Virus record (IMG/VR): IMGVR_UViG_3300035698_029396
Location: 1-34,644 of that record
Source: a virus
Length of the DNA stretch: 34,644 nt
Reading direction: 5' to 3' (one strand)
A program made the translations under genes and the position numbers. The notes beneath the pieces were generated by a model. That model was not told the DNA's origin. It searched no databases and saw only the letters and a list, made by a program, of their open reading frames with translations. Shown piece by piece: positions 1-8,340 of the stretch (its first letter is position 1; each line of letters begins with the position of its first letter).

Positions 1-113
1 AAGGACCTTTAAACATGATTAAAGAAGAACTTTCAATTATGAATAAAAGAAGAACTTTCAATTATGAATAAAAGAAGAACTTTCAATTATGAATAAAAGA
101 AGGACTTTCAATC
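1..113. repeat. Iteron array, right half; it continues from 34491..34644 across the circular junction. Candidate plasmid-type replication origin.
   Basis: Identical 25-bp units AAAGAAGAACTTTCAATTATGAATA lie at 21-45, 46-70 and 71-95. Degenerate copies lie at 1-20 and 96-~118. The last copy contains the ATG of the downstream ORF. Confidence 0.75.
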
Positions 114-1502
114 ATGTTTAAAGAATACCATGCAAATAGAAAAAATCAAGAAAAAAATAACAATCCGTTAACAAACCCTGTTGACCATGTTTTGTTCAAT
201 AAGACACGGAAAAACGGAATACCTAGGTTAGGGCTTGCTCAGTGGTTAAGAGTTACGTTACCTGATCTGTCTATTGATGAAGTTTCCTCTAAATTAGAAC
301 GTCTTACTAAGTCTCAAATACAGATACTTAGCTATCTTGTTGAGGCTCAATCTTCTGGTAGCAATCCTTTTATGTCGCGTGAAACAATAGCGTCTACATT
401 AAAATGTACCGTGCGTACGGTGGCCCGTGCGTTAAAGCGTTTAGAAGATATGGGATTAATATCACGTTATTTTAGATTTAAAAAGTCCTCTATATATAAG
501 GTGCATCATCTTTTTAGGATGGCTACGTATCAGGATGCATTACAGATGTTGGTTCCTGCTCTTCGTGCGTTAACTTTAGGAGTCTTTTTAATACCAATTT
601 TATTATTATCAGATAGACCAAAATCTTATTTTAGGCCTAACCATGGTTATTCACGAACAAATGTCCTCTTAAAAAATAAGAAAAAGGAAAATATATATAT
701 ACCAACAGAAAGATGCTTGCAAGAACAGGATAGTAATAGTTATTTTGCTCGATCGAGTAATTCTAGGTTTGTAGTATTGCCAGCCGGTTCCTTAAACGGG
801 ACAAACGAAAACTTACTTGGCAATAGAGAGTTAACGAATATATGGGAGAGTTCAATGAAGCAAGAACATGCTCAATATTATGCGCAGCACAGTGGCCACC
901 CTGCATTTAAAGAAATCGCACGGAGTGAGAAGCTCCATGACATTTTATACTCAGAACCACACCGAGCAATCCAAGCGTTCCTTGGATTATCGGAGTGCGA
1001 ATCGGCAAAGATGTTTGCTTATGATGACAGAGTATTGCAAGCAGCCTTACCAACTATAGAATCGCTGGCTAACGGCCATTACACACATAACCAGATTAAC
1101 GACAGGCTTGGCTGGCTTATGGGATTATTGAAAAAAACTGCCACGGATTTGTCGCACGCCGATAAACCTATTGTTCCTAATTGGGGCTTTTGTTGGAAAA
1201 TGATGGACGCACTTGATCTATCAAGAGATCCTATAAAGCCAAGAGCATTTATACCACCATATAGAAGACCAACTGAAGGACCACGCAGAGAATATGTACC
1301 AGTTAAGAAAGGTAAGGAAGATTATATAGCGCTGTTAGAAAAAGATATTGCTCATTACCAAGCTATTGTAGATGATCCAGATACACATCTTGCTCATGTT
1401 CCTAAAGCTGGCTTTATGACAAGGGATTATTTCTTACAACTTGCGCGTATTAATTTAAAACGATCTCATGAAGAACTTGCTTCGTTGTCTGATAATTCTT
1501 AA
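114..1502 (+). CDS. Putative replication initiator (Rep-like, winged-helix DNA-binding protein)
   Basis: 462-aa ORF that starts inside the last iteron. The segment SRETIASTLKCTVRTVARALKRLEDMGLISR looks like a MarR/Rep-type winged HTH. No Walker A motif was seen. The function is inferred mainly from iteron adjacency. Confidence 0.5.
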   Translation: MFKEYHANRKNQEKNNNPLTNPVDHVLFNKTRKNGIPRLGLAQWLRVTLPDLSIDEVSSKLERLTKSQIQILSYLVEAQSSGSNPFMSRETIASTLKCTVRTVARALKRLEDMGLISRYFRFKKSSIYKVHHLFRMATYQDALQMLVPALRALTLGVFLIPILLLSDRPKSYFRPNHGYSRTNVLLKNKKKENIYIPTERCLQEQDSNSYFARSSNSRFVVLPAGSLNGTNENLLGNRELTNIWESSMKQEHAQYYAQHSGHPAFKEIARSEKLHDILYSEPHRAIQAFLGLSECESAKMFAYDDRVLQAALPTIESLANGHYTHNQINDRLGWLMGLLKKTATDLSHADKPIVPNWGFCWKMMDALDLSRDPIKPRAFIPPYRRPTEGPRREYVPVKKGKEDYIALLEKDIAHYQAIVDDPDTHLAHVPKAGFMTRDYFLQLARINLKRSHEELASLSDNS

Positions 1503-1582
1503 CAATATGTTAATAAAAGATATTATGACATCGGGATTTGTTTAATAAATAAGATATGCTATATTTTAGACAACTACTCGCG

Positions 1583-1605
1583 GGGGGCAACTGCATGGCG
1601 CCCCC
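1583..1605. other. GC-rich hairpin between the convergent rep (+) and RHH (-) genes; possible weak bidirectional terminator
   Basis: GGGGGC (1583-1588) pairs with GCCCCC (1600-1605) around an 11-nt loop. There is no flanking T-run, so a terminator role is uncertain. Confidence 0.3.
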
Positions 1606-1613
1606 TACTTTAA

Positions 1614-1658
1614 ACTTGTGTTAGCAACACTTGTGTTAGCAACACTTGTGTTTTCAAC
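1614..1658. repeat. 3 x 15-bp tandem repeat ACTTGTGTTAGCAAC (third copy ACTTGTGTTTTCAAC)
   Basis: Direct reading gives units at 1614-1628, 1629-1643 and 1644-1658. The array lies immediately downstream of the minus-strand RHH gene. Confidence 0.85.
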
Positions 1659-1667
1659 CAAAAACGA

Positions 1668-1820
1668 TCAATTTTTACCTGGATTTTCAATCACGTCCAA
1701 CAAACTTTCTAATAACTCTTCTATTAATTTACTGCGATTAGTTTTTACGCCCACTTCATTGAGTGCACAGATATACCTTAACATCTTGTCTACTATAGAT
1801 GTCTTTAGATGCACCGTCAT
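1668..1820 (-). CDS. Ribbon-helix-helix (CopG/ParG/omega-like) DNA-binding protein
   Basis: The 50-aa product MTVHLKTSIVDKMLRYICALNEVGVKTNRSKLIEELLESLLDVIENPGKN has a beta-strand/helix/helix pattern typical of RHH proteins. Its ATG at 1820 lies 7 nt after the stop of the upstream ORF. The longer ORF-track start at 1904 overlaps that upstream ORF and is less likely. Confidence 0.55.
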   Translation of the reverse strand: MTVHLKTSIVDKMLRYICALNEVGVKTNRSKLIEELLESLLDVIENPGKN

Positions 1821-1827
1821 ACGCTGT

Positions 1828-2097
1828 TTAGTTTCTTTCAAGACGACGCCTTTCTTCTTTAAATACTTGTATAAGATCTTCAGCACGCATCGAAAGAGCA
1901 TCATTAGTTGCTCTTTCAGCTATCCGCTCAATACTCATAACTATACTGTCAATAATGCCCAACGTATGAACACCATCTACTAACTCTCTTTCAAAATGAT
2001 CCAGTAAATCAGATTGTATCTTATCTTTCTTTGTTAAAACTTGTTTTGTTAAAACTTGTTTTGTTAAAACTTGTTTTGTCAAAGCTTGCTTTGTCAT
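1828..2097 (-). CDS. Hypothetical helical protein with an N-terminal (TKQVL)x4 repeat; first gene of the RHH cassette
   Basis: 89-aa ORF. Its 5' end is encoded by the 15-bp tandem DNA repeat at 2024-2098. No recognisable family. Confidence 0.45.
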   Translation of the reverse strand: MTKQALTKQVLTKQVLTKQVLTKKDKIQSDLLDHFERELVDGVHTLGIIDSIVMSIERIAERATNDALSMRAEDLIQVFKEERRRLERN

Positions 2098-2098
2098 C
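2024..2098. repeat. About 5 x 15-bp tandem repeat ACTTGTTTTGTTAAA (outer copies degenerate)
   Basis: Units at 2039-2053, 2054-2068 and 2069-2083, with degenerate copies at 2024-2038 and 2084-2098. They have the same orientation and the same ACTTGT core as the 1614-1658 array. Confidence 0.85.
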
Positions 2099-2152
2099 AG
2101 TTATCCTTGAACGTTGAGTTATCTTTCTTACTTATTATAAGTATACCACTTT

Positions 2153-2190
2153 GTATACTTGACTACAAGTATACAAGTATACAAGTATAC
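2153..2190. promoter_or_regulatory. Operator-like array in a divergent intergenic region: an inverted repeat plus 3 x CAAGTATA
   Basis: Inverted repeat GTATACTTG-ACTA-CAAGTATAC. Direct 8-bp copies at 2166-2173, 2174-2181 and 2182-2189. The array sits between the minus-strand start at 2097 and the plus-strand start at 2253. Its core CAAGT is the complement of ACTTG. Confidence 0.6.
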
Positions 2191-2252
2191 ATTTGTACCA
2201 GTTTGTAAAAATATATATCTCGAGGTAAGATCAACACCAAAAAGGATTTCAC

Positions 2253-2681
2253 ATGAAATATATAATTGATGGACCACCCGTAGCTAAACAGTCAGCACGA
2301 CACGGTAAACATGGCGTATATAACCCACAATCCGCTCTCAAGAAAATACAACAACATGAAATAAAAGCTCAACTTAAACCGAAATATGAACTGATAAAAA
2401 ATGAACCTCTTTATCTCGTTGTTAACTACTACATGCAAATACCACAATCATATACTCTTAAAAAACAACAAGAACTACACGGCCAATATCATAAAATTAC
2501 CCCCGATACCGATAATATGACCAAATGGCTGCAAGACCTTTGCTCAGGGCTCATATTTTATGACGATGCTCAAATCGCTGCCATAGTAGCTCAAAAAGTA
2601 TATGACCTTAAACCACGAACCGAATTCTCTATCTATCCCGCTCCAAAAGTACATATAATCTACAAAGAAGGAGATTACTAA
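2253..2681 (+). CDS. rusA: RusA-family Holliday junction resolvase (crossover junction endodeoxyribonuclease)
   Basis: 142 aa. The N-terminal GPPVAKQSAR segment, the TPDTDNMTKWLQDLCSGLIFYDDAQI segment with catalytic Asp residues, and the size all match the RusA pattern. Confidence 0.75.
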   Translation: MKYIIDGPPVAKQSARHGKHGVYNPQSALKKIQQHEIKAQLKPKYELIKNEPLYLVVNYYMQIPQSYTLKKQQELHGQYHKITPDTDNMTKWLQDLCSGLIFYDDAQIAAIVAQKVYDLKPRTEFSIYPAPKVHIIYKEGDY

Positions 2682-2704
2682 CTTATAAAAAAAGGAATGC
2701 AGTA

Positions 2705-3196
2705 ATGGAAAATAATAAAAAAGAAAAAAAAATAACAAAAAGAAAAAGAAATCCTGTAAAGAAAATCGAACCTCTTTTGTATTGGAATGCTATGGATGAA
2801 CGAGGAGCTGTTCCACCATCAAAGCAACAATTTCTCGCATACGATCTTATAACCGGTATTCAAGAGAATAAATACTTTACCATAGAACGATTTCTTGCCG
2901 AACATCACCTGTCATATGATACCTGGAAACGATGGCTACATGCATACCCATTATTAAAGCAGGCTGTAACTACCGCAAAGCATCTTCTTTATGAAGACAG
3001 AGTAAAGCTTGGATACAAAAAAGAGATTTCCGATCGTCTTCTTGTTGAACTATGGAGATACTCCGATCTGCATAAAGAAGATGTTATTCAAATGAAAAAA
3101 GAAGAACAAGAAGTAGAAAAAGATAAAAAAATAACTATAGTAGCTCTTGAATCTTTATCAGAACTTGAGGCACATCTTAATGAAAATAAATCCTGA
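2705..3196 (+). CDS. Putative terminase small subunit
   Basis: 163 aa, basic N-terminus, HTH-like segment FTIERFLAEHHLSYDTWKRWL. It lies directly upstream of, and overlaps, the large terminase gene. The call rests on position and composition. Confidence 0.5.
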   Translation: MENNKKEKKITKRKRNPVKKIEPLLYWNAMDERGAVPPSKQQFLAYDLITGIQENKYFTIERFLAEHHLSYDTWKRWLHAYPLLKQAVTTAKHLLYEDRVKLGYKKEISDRLLVELWRYSDLHKEDVIQMKKEEQEVEKDKKITIVALESLSELEAHLNENKS

Positions 3197-4580
3197 AACA
3201 TCTTTAAAACTAGATCTTTTTAAACCAAGAGATTATCAATTAGAAGCTATGAAGGCTTTTGAAAAAGATAATTTTAAACGTATGTTACTTATTTGGCCTC
3301 GACGTAGTGGAAAAGATTTTACCTGTTTTTCCCTCCTTTTAAGGCAAGCTCTGCGTATAGTAGGGACTTATTACATAGTGCTTCCTACTTTCTCACAAGG
3401 AAGGCGTGTTATATGGGATGCTATTACTAATGATGGAAAGCGATTTCGTGACTTCATACCAGAAGAACTCATTGCCAAATCTAACGATCAACAAATGAAA
3501 ATAACGCTGATTAATACCAGCCAAATTCAAATAGTGGGGTCAGACAAGTACGATGCATTGGTTGGGGTAAATATTCGAGGTGCAATTTTCAGTGAATATG
3601 CGCTTCAAGATCCAAGGGGCTATCAATTTTTAAGACCAATACTTACCGCACAGGAACCTGAAGGATTTGCATGGTTTATTAGTACACCACGCGGTAAAAA
3701 TCACCTATGGGACCTTTATAATATCGCTTCTCAGCATAAAGACTGGTATGTGTCTCATCTTACGGTCAATAATACGAAACATATATCACTTGAGCGAATT
3801 GCCAAGGAACGAGATGAAGGGCTCATGAGTGAGGACATGATACAGCAAGAATATTTCTGCTCGTTTTCTCAAGGAGTTGAGGGTTCTTTTTATGCAAAGT
3901 ATATTGATAAAATGAGACTTGAGAACAGAATAGGCCATATTCCTTTTGAGTCAGGCTTTCAAGTCCATACAGCTTGGGATATTGGTGTTCGTGACTCTAC
4001 TTGTATTATTATGTACCAGTCTATTGGTAAAGTAATTCATGTTATTGATTGTTATGAGAATTCTAAAGAGGGTCTGGAGCATTATGTATCTGTGTTAAAC
4101 AATAAGCCATATAAAGATCATTTTGGTAAACATTTTGCGCCGCATGATATAATGGTTACAGAGTTTGGTACAGGAATGTCACGGTATGATAAAGCGCGTG
4201 AGCTCGGTATACATTTTGAGACAAGAATGCTTAAGGATAACAGGCCTTCATCTGTTGTACCTATGGTGAGTATTATGGATGGTATAGAATCGGTACGGTC
4301 AACTTTTGGTCGTCTATGGATTGATGAACTAAGATGTAAATCATTAATTAGGTCTCTTGAAAATTATAGGCAAGAGTGGGATACAAAGAGAAAAGTATAT
4401 AAAAGTCGGCCTCTTCATGACTTTTCCTCTCACTTTGCGGATGCAATGAGATATTTATGTTTGACGGTCAACAAGACAGCAAAAGGTATGACTCAAGATG
4501 ATATTGATTCAGCATATAGAAAGAGTATGTATGCAGATGATCTCCCTGCTCCTTTTAGGAATCCTGGTAATTTCAGGTAA
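3180..4580 (+). CDS. terL: Terminase large subunit
   Basis: Walker A-like WPRRSGKDFT, Walker B-like GAIFSEYA, nuclease-domain AWDIGVRDSTCII and C-terminal HDFSSHFADAMRYL. The ORF is open from 3147. The ATG at 3180 has GAGG 9 nt upstream. Confidence 0.9.
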   Translation: MKINPETSLKLDLFKPRDYQLEAMKAFEKDNFKRMLLIWPRRSGKDFTCFSLLLRQALRIVGTYYIVLPTFSQGRRVIWDAITNDGKRFRDFIPEELIAKSNDQQMKITLINTSQIQIVGSDKYDALVGVNIRGAIFSEYALQDPRGYQFLRPILTAQEPEGFAWFISTPRGKNHLWDLYNIASQHKDWYVSHLTVNNTKHISLERIAKERDEGLMSEDMIQQEYFCSFSQGVEGSFYAKYIDKMRLENRIGHIPFESGFQVHTAWDIGVRDSTCIIMYQSIGKVIHVIDCYENSKEGLEHYVSVLNNKPYKDHFGKHFAPHDIMVTEFGTGMSRYDKARELGIHFETRMLKDNRPSSVVPMVSIMDGIESVRSTFGRLWIDELRCKSLIRSLENYRQEWDTKRKVYKSRPLHDFSSHFADAMRYLCLTVNKTAKGMTQDDIDSAYRKSMYADDLPAPFRNPGNFR

Positions 4581-4609
4581 AAAGTTAGAAATTTATAAAA
4601 AGGAATATA

Positions 4610-4882
4610 ATGATAGCATTAATTAGAAACCATTGGAGAAAGTTACACAAGTATAAAAATTTTAGCACGAGTAAAAGTGTGCCAATTACCGAATACCAGG
4701 TAGACCCATATGATTATTATGTACGTGATTATTTCATGTTAAAATCGATACAGTATGTAATGAAATTTATTGATGACCATGAATTGTATGAAATAGCTTG
4801 TCAGGAGATGGTCAAAAATAATAAAGTATCTATAAAAGATTTAAAGAATCACGTTATGAATATATGTGATCTTAAAAAGTAG
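4610..4882 (+). CDS. Hypothetical protein
   Basis: 90-aa ORF with an AAGGA ribosome-binding site, lying between terminase and portal. Confidence 0.5.
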   Translation: MIALIRNHWRKLHKYKNFSTSKSVPITEYQVDPYDYYVRDYFMLKSIQYVMKFIDDHELYEIACQEMVKNNKVSIKDLKNHVMNICDLKK

Positions 4883-4902
4883 TAGATACACGGAGAGAGT
4901 AT

Positions 4903-6954
4903 ATGTTGTTCCCGTCGCTTGGTCCTCAGTATTACGATGAAAAAGATCGTGGTTTATTATCAAAAATGGAGCAATTTTATACGAGCTCCTTAACTATTAA
5001 TCAGAGTTTTTGGTCAGAAGCTGATATAGACAGTAGATTCTATGTTGGCGATCAATCTATTCACAACAATTATTACATGAATAGTATGTATCCTTTTGGA
5101 AATAACAGGAATAATTTCTTTTTTAACAGAATAAGGCCGGTTATTCAAAACATTACGGGGTATCAAAGACGTAACAGAAAGTCTACTATTTCAGTTCCTG
5201 TAGAAAACAGTGATCAAGACACAGCTGATCAATTTAGCAAAATACTTATGTGGAACGATGAACAAGAGGGAATAAATTACACTATATCAAATGCATTTGA
5301 AGGTGCATTGGTTACTGGTCTTAATTTACTTCAGGTATGGATGGACTACAGGTCTGATCCTTTGTCTGGAAACATAAAAGTTACAAACTGTTCTTATAAT
5401 AGTTTTATGATTGATCCTTTTTTCAAAAAGACAGATCTTTCTGACTGTAATGGTATATGGAAAAGATCATATTTAACTAAGCGTGAATGTATATCATTGT
5501 TACCTCAGTATACTGATCAGATATTAAATTTACCGACTTCATTTAATAACAGAGATGGTAAGTTTCAGTTTATGCCACAGTCTTACGATTATGGGCCCAG
5601 TAATCTATTAACCTATGATGAGTATTACTATAGATCTTATCGTACTCAGTTGATGGTAATTGATCCTAACACTGGTGAAGGTATAGAATGGCAAGGTTCT
5701 GATGAAGATCTTAAAAGATACTTACAGGCTTTTCCTGAATTAACCACGATGAAAAATGAAGTGCCTACAGTAAATTTAGCAATTGTAGTGCAGGGTAAAG
5801 TTCTTATAGATGGTCCGCAAAGTTCAGGACTGGACTGCTATCCTTTTGTTCCTGTGCTCGGTCATTACAATCCGCAACTGGCTGATTTCCCTTGGAGGGT
5901 ACAGGGTGTAGTTAGAGGATTGAGAGATGCTCAATATCTGTATAATAGAAGAAAAGTTATTGAACTTGATATTCTTGAGTCTCAATTAAACTCGGGTCTT
6001 AAGTTAAAAGAAAATGCTTTGGTTAATTTTGAAGATGTTTTCTTGGTAGGTCAGGGAAAACCATTAGTTCTTAAAAAAGATGCGGCTATGACTGATGTTG
6101 AAAGGCTCGCAGCTCCTGATATACCCCAGTCTATGATTCAACTGTCTGATATTCTGGGAAAAGAGATTCAACATCTTTCTGGCGTTAATGAAGAGTTGCT
6201 TGGTTCGGCTATAGATGATAAAGCTGGTATCCTTAGTGCTTTAAGGCAGGGTGCAGGATTAACCACTTTGCAAAAGTTGTTTGATCAGCTTGATGAGTCT
6301 CAAAAGATGCTTGGAAAAATAAGAATAAAGCTTATTCAGAATAATTTCACGCCTGGTAAAGTAAAACGTATTTTACAAGACGAGCCGTCTGGTCAGTTTT
6401 ATGATAAAACGTTTGGTCGTTATGATGCAGCTGTTGAAGAAGGTTTTAATACAACCACACAAAAACAGATGCAATTTGCTCAATTGATTCAACTAAAAGA
6501 GCTTGGTGTTAATATACCAGAATCATCCTTAATTGATGCAGCTACTCTTCAAGACAAGAAGAAGCTTATTGAAACTATTGAAGCAGCAAGTAAGCAGCAA
6601 CAAGAGATGCAACAGTTGCAAATGAAAGTTCAAATGCAAGAATTGCAGTCACGATCAGTATTGTCACAAGCTACTGCACATGCTCAGCAAGGACTTGGAG
6701 ATGAACGCTACTCACGTATCCCAGAAAACAGAGCATTAGCTGAAGAGCGTATTTCTGAAGCACAGAAGGATAGAGAGCTTGGGTTCCTTCACCTTATGAA
6801 AGCAATAAAAGAGATACAATCAATCGATATTTCTCAAGTGCAAAAGTTGTTAGAGTTAGGTAATATGGTAAAAGATAGAAAAAATTTACCTCAATTACCT
6901 GAACAGGCTCAGTTTACTCCTGAAACTGGCGGTAATATTAGTCCATTAACATAG
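4903..6954 (+). CDS. Portal protein
   Basis: 683 aa, immediately downstream of terL, with a Gln-rich coiled-coil C-terminus. The call rests on size and synteny. Confidence 0.7.
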   Translation: MLFPSLGPQYYDEKDRGLLSKMEQFYTSSLTINQSFWSEADIDSRFYVGDQSIHNNYYMNSMYPFGNNRNNFFFNRIRPVIQNITGYQRRNRKSTISVPVENSDQDTADQFSKILMWNDEQEGINYTISNAFEGALVTGLNLLQVWMDYRSDPLSGNIKVTNCSYNSFMIDPFFKKTDLSDCNGIWKRSYLTKRECISLLPQYTDQILNLPTSFNNRDGKFQFMPQSYDYGPSNLLTYDEYYYRSYRTQLMVIDPNTGEGIEWQGSDEDLKRYLQAFPELTTMKNEVPTVNLAIVVQGKVLIDGPQSSGLDCYPFVPVLGHYNPQLADFPWRVQGVVRGLRDAQYLYNRRKVIELDILESQLNSGLKLKENALVNFEDVFLVGQGKPLVLKKDAAMTDVERLAAPDIPQSMIQLSDILGKEIQHLSGVNEELLGSAIDDKAGILSALRQGAGLTTLQKLFDQLDESQKMLGKIRIKLIQNNFTPGKVKRILQDEPSGQFYDKTFGRYDAAVEEGFNTTTQKQMQFAQLIQLKELGVNIPESSLIDAATLQDKKKLIETIEAASKQQQEMQQLQMKVQMQELQSRSVLSQATAHAQQGLGDERYSRIPENRALAEERISEAQKDRELGFLHLMKAIKEIQSIDISQVQKLLELGNMVKDRKNLPQLPEQAQFTPETGGNISPLT

Positions 6955-6961
6955 GCTGTTT

Positions 6962-7036
6962 TCCTCGGTAGCTCAGTGGTAGAGCGTACGGCTTTTAACC
7001 GTCTAGTCGGAGGTTCAATTCCTTCCCGGGGAACCA
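6962..7036 (+). tRNA. tRNA-Lys (anticodon UUU), CCA encoded
   Basis: Hand-folded cloverleaf. Acceptor TCCTCGG/CCGGGGA; D arm GCTC-AGTGGTA-GAGC; anticodon arm TACGG-CTTTTAA-CCGTC with one mismatch; T arm GGAGG-TTCAATT-CCTTC; discriminator A followed by CCA. Confidence 0.85.
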
Positions 7037-7114
7037 TAACATTACAGGCTATTTACTGTAGATTGGTTCTATGATATACTTATTATTATATAATGTAATT
7101 TAAGGTAATATTCT

Positions 7115-7537
7115 ATGAATCATCCTAATGCATATACATTTCATGCGGGCTATACTTTTGGAACCTATATTATTATTTCTGATGAAAAGTTTAGAGATAA
7201 ATGGCGCCATGTAAAATATCTCTGTGAGTGCATATGTGGTCATAAGGCATATGTCCGTACCCACAATATTGTTAATCCTTCCAAGAGATGTCTACGTTGC
7301 CATAATAAACTAGTAAACACTAAGCATGGGTTTCGTAGATGTAAGGCTACTCCTACCTATACTGCGTGGGTATCTATGAAACAAAAGAGTAAAAAGAAAA
7401 ATATATATCTTGATCCAAGATGGAATAAGTTTGAGTTATTTCTAGAAGATCTGGGTGAGAAGCCTACAAAGAAGTCATTACAAAGAGATGATATTGATAA
7501 TGGGTTTTATAAAGAAAACTGTAATTGGATAGGATGA
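7115..7537 (+). CDS. Zn-ribbon protein of a widespread phage family often annotated as HNH/homing-endonuclease-like; function unproven
   Basis: CxCxC...CxxC cluster (CECICGH...CLRCH), then TPTYTAWVSMKQ...DPRWNKFELFLEDLGEKP...SLQRDDIDNGFYKENCNW. This matches the common T..Y.SW..M...RW..F..F..DMG.rP...SLDR...G.Y...NC.W motif. The gene is freestanding between two tRNA genes. Confidence 0.5.
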   Translation: MNHPNAYTFHAGYTFGTYIIISDEKFRDKWRHVKYLCECICGHKAYVRTHNIVNPSKRCLRCHNKLVNTKHGFRRCKATPTYTAWVSMKQKSKKKNIYLDPRWNKFELFLEDLGEKPTKKSLQRDDIDNGFYKENCNWIG

Positions 7538-7660
7538 AATATGGATTCCGAACATTTTTTTGTTGTGTAAAAACTTAATTTTTACTGGTACTATCATGAT
7601 GCAGAAGGATATGTTGATTTCCTTATGCTTTGTGAAAAAGAATGTTGGAAATAAAATAGT

Positions 7661-7737
7661 GCCCCTGTAGTTTATGTGGTTAGAACATTGCCCTTTCAAG
7701 GCAAAGAACGCGGGCTCGAATCCCGGCGGGGGCGCCA
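7661..7737 (+). tRNA. tRNA-Glu (anticodon UUC), CCA encoded
   Basis: Hand-folded cloverleaf. Acceptor GCCCCTG/CGGGGGC; D arm GTTT-ATGTGGTTA-GAAC; anticodon arm TTGCC-CTTTCAA-GGCAA; T arm GCGGG-CTCGAAT-CCCGG with a G:G mismatch at the base; discriminator G followed by CCA. Confidence 0.8.
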
Positions 7738-7896
7738 ACTAGTAATGGAACTCGATAAATTAATATTTTCTGTCCTCAAAGATGTATCTAATGGTGAAAA
7801 ACAAAAATCATTGCACTCCTTAATAACCCAATACTATACTTCCACTAGATAGATGTTTATTAACATTGCCTAAACAGGCATTTTCTGGAGAGTATA

Positions 7897-8178
7897 ATGG
7901 CAAAAAAACGCTATTACCAAGATAAAAAAGATCGACGCGATGAATCCAAAGGCATGAAAAAAGCTATGAAAAAAAAGCATTCAAGCGATGGTATGATTTG
8001 TGAAGATTTGTCCGCACCTTCTAATCTTCCACAACATGTAATTCATTCAACATATCCGACTATGTATTCTTATCCTGACTATCGTATGGATAACGCAGAT
8101 AATATAAAAGGCGTTGATGATCAAATCATGAGCGACGAGCTTGGTATGAAAAAGCACATGAGCAAAAATAAATATTAG
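7897..8178 (+). CDS. Small Lys-rich hypothetical protein
   Basis: 93-aa ORF with a GGAGAG ribosome-binding site and a very basic N-terminus. Confidence 0.5.
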   Translation: MAKKRYYQDKKDRRDESKGMKKAMKKKHSSDGMICEDLSAPSNLPQHVIHSTYPTMYSYPDYRMDNADNIKGVDDQIMSDELGMKKHMSKNKY

Positions 8179-8181
8179 GAT

Positions 8182-8340
8182 ATGCTTATGACTGCGATGA
8201 AAAGACCAAACAAAAAAGCAGAACGTATTGTTCGTTCTATTTTAGGAAAACCTTCTAATTATGATGCAGATCCAAAAAAATCAGAGCGCTTAAATAAGCA
8301 AACTGATAGCCAAGACACTCGCAATGTAAGAGGCGCATAA
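8182..8340 (+). CDS. Small basic hypothetical protein (52 aa, below the ORF-track cutoff)
   Basis: Hand translation: MLMTAMKRPNKKAERIVRSILGKPSNYDADPKKSERLNKQTDSQDTRNVRGA*. Its stop TAA overlaps the next ATG (TAATG), which suggests translational coupling. Confidence 0.35.
   Translation: MLMTAMKRPNKKAERIVRSILGKPSNYDADPKKSERLNKQTDSQDTRNVRGA

Noticed and set aside
1-113. The tandem repeats at the window ends as a possible CRISPR array.
   Set aside because: The units are contiguous with no unique spacers and have a 24-25-bp period. They run directly into a Rep-like gene and no cas genes are present. Iterons fit better.
1618-1983. 121-aa plus-strand ORF.
   Set aside because: It is antisense to the better-supported minus-strand RHH cassette. 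It starts inside the 15-bp repeat array, has low-complexity composition and has no ribosome-binding site.
7478-7738. 86-aa minus-strand ORF (MAPPPGFEPAFF...).
   Set aside because: Its 5' end is simply the reverse complement of tRNA-Glu (7661-7737), and the rest is AT-rich intergenic DNA. It is spurious.
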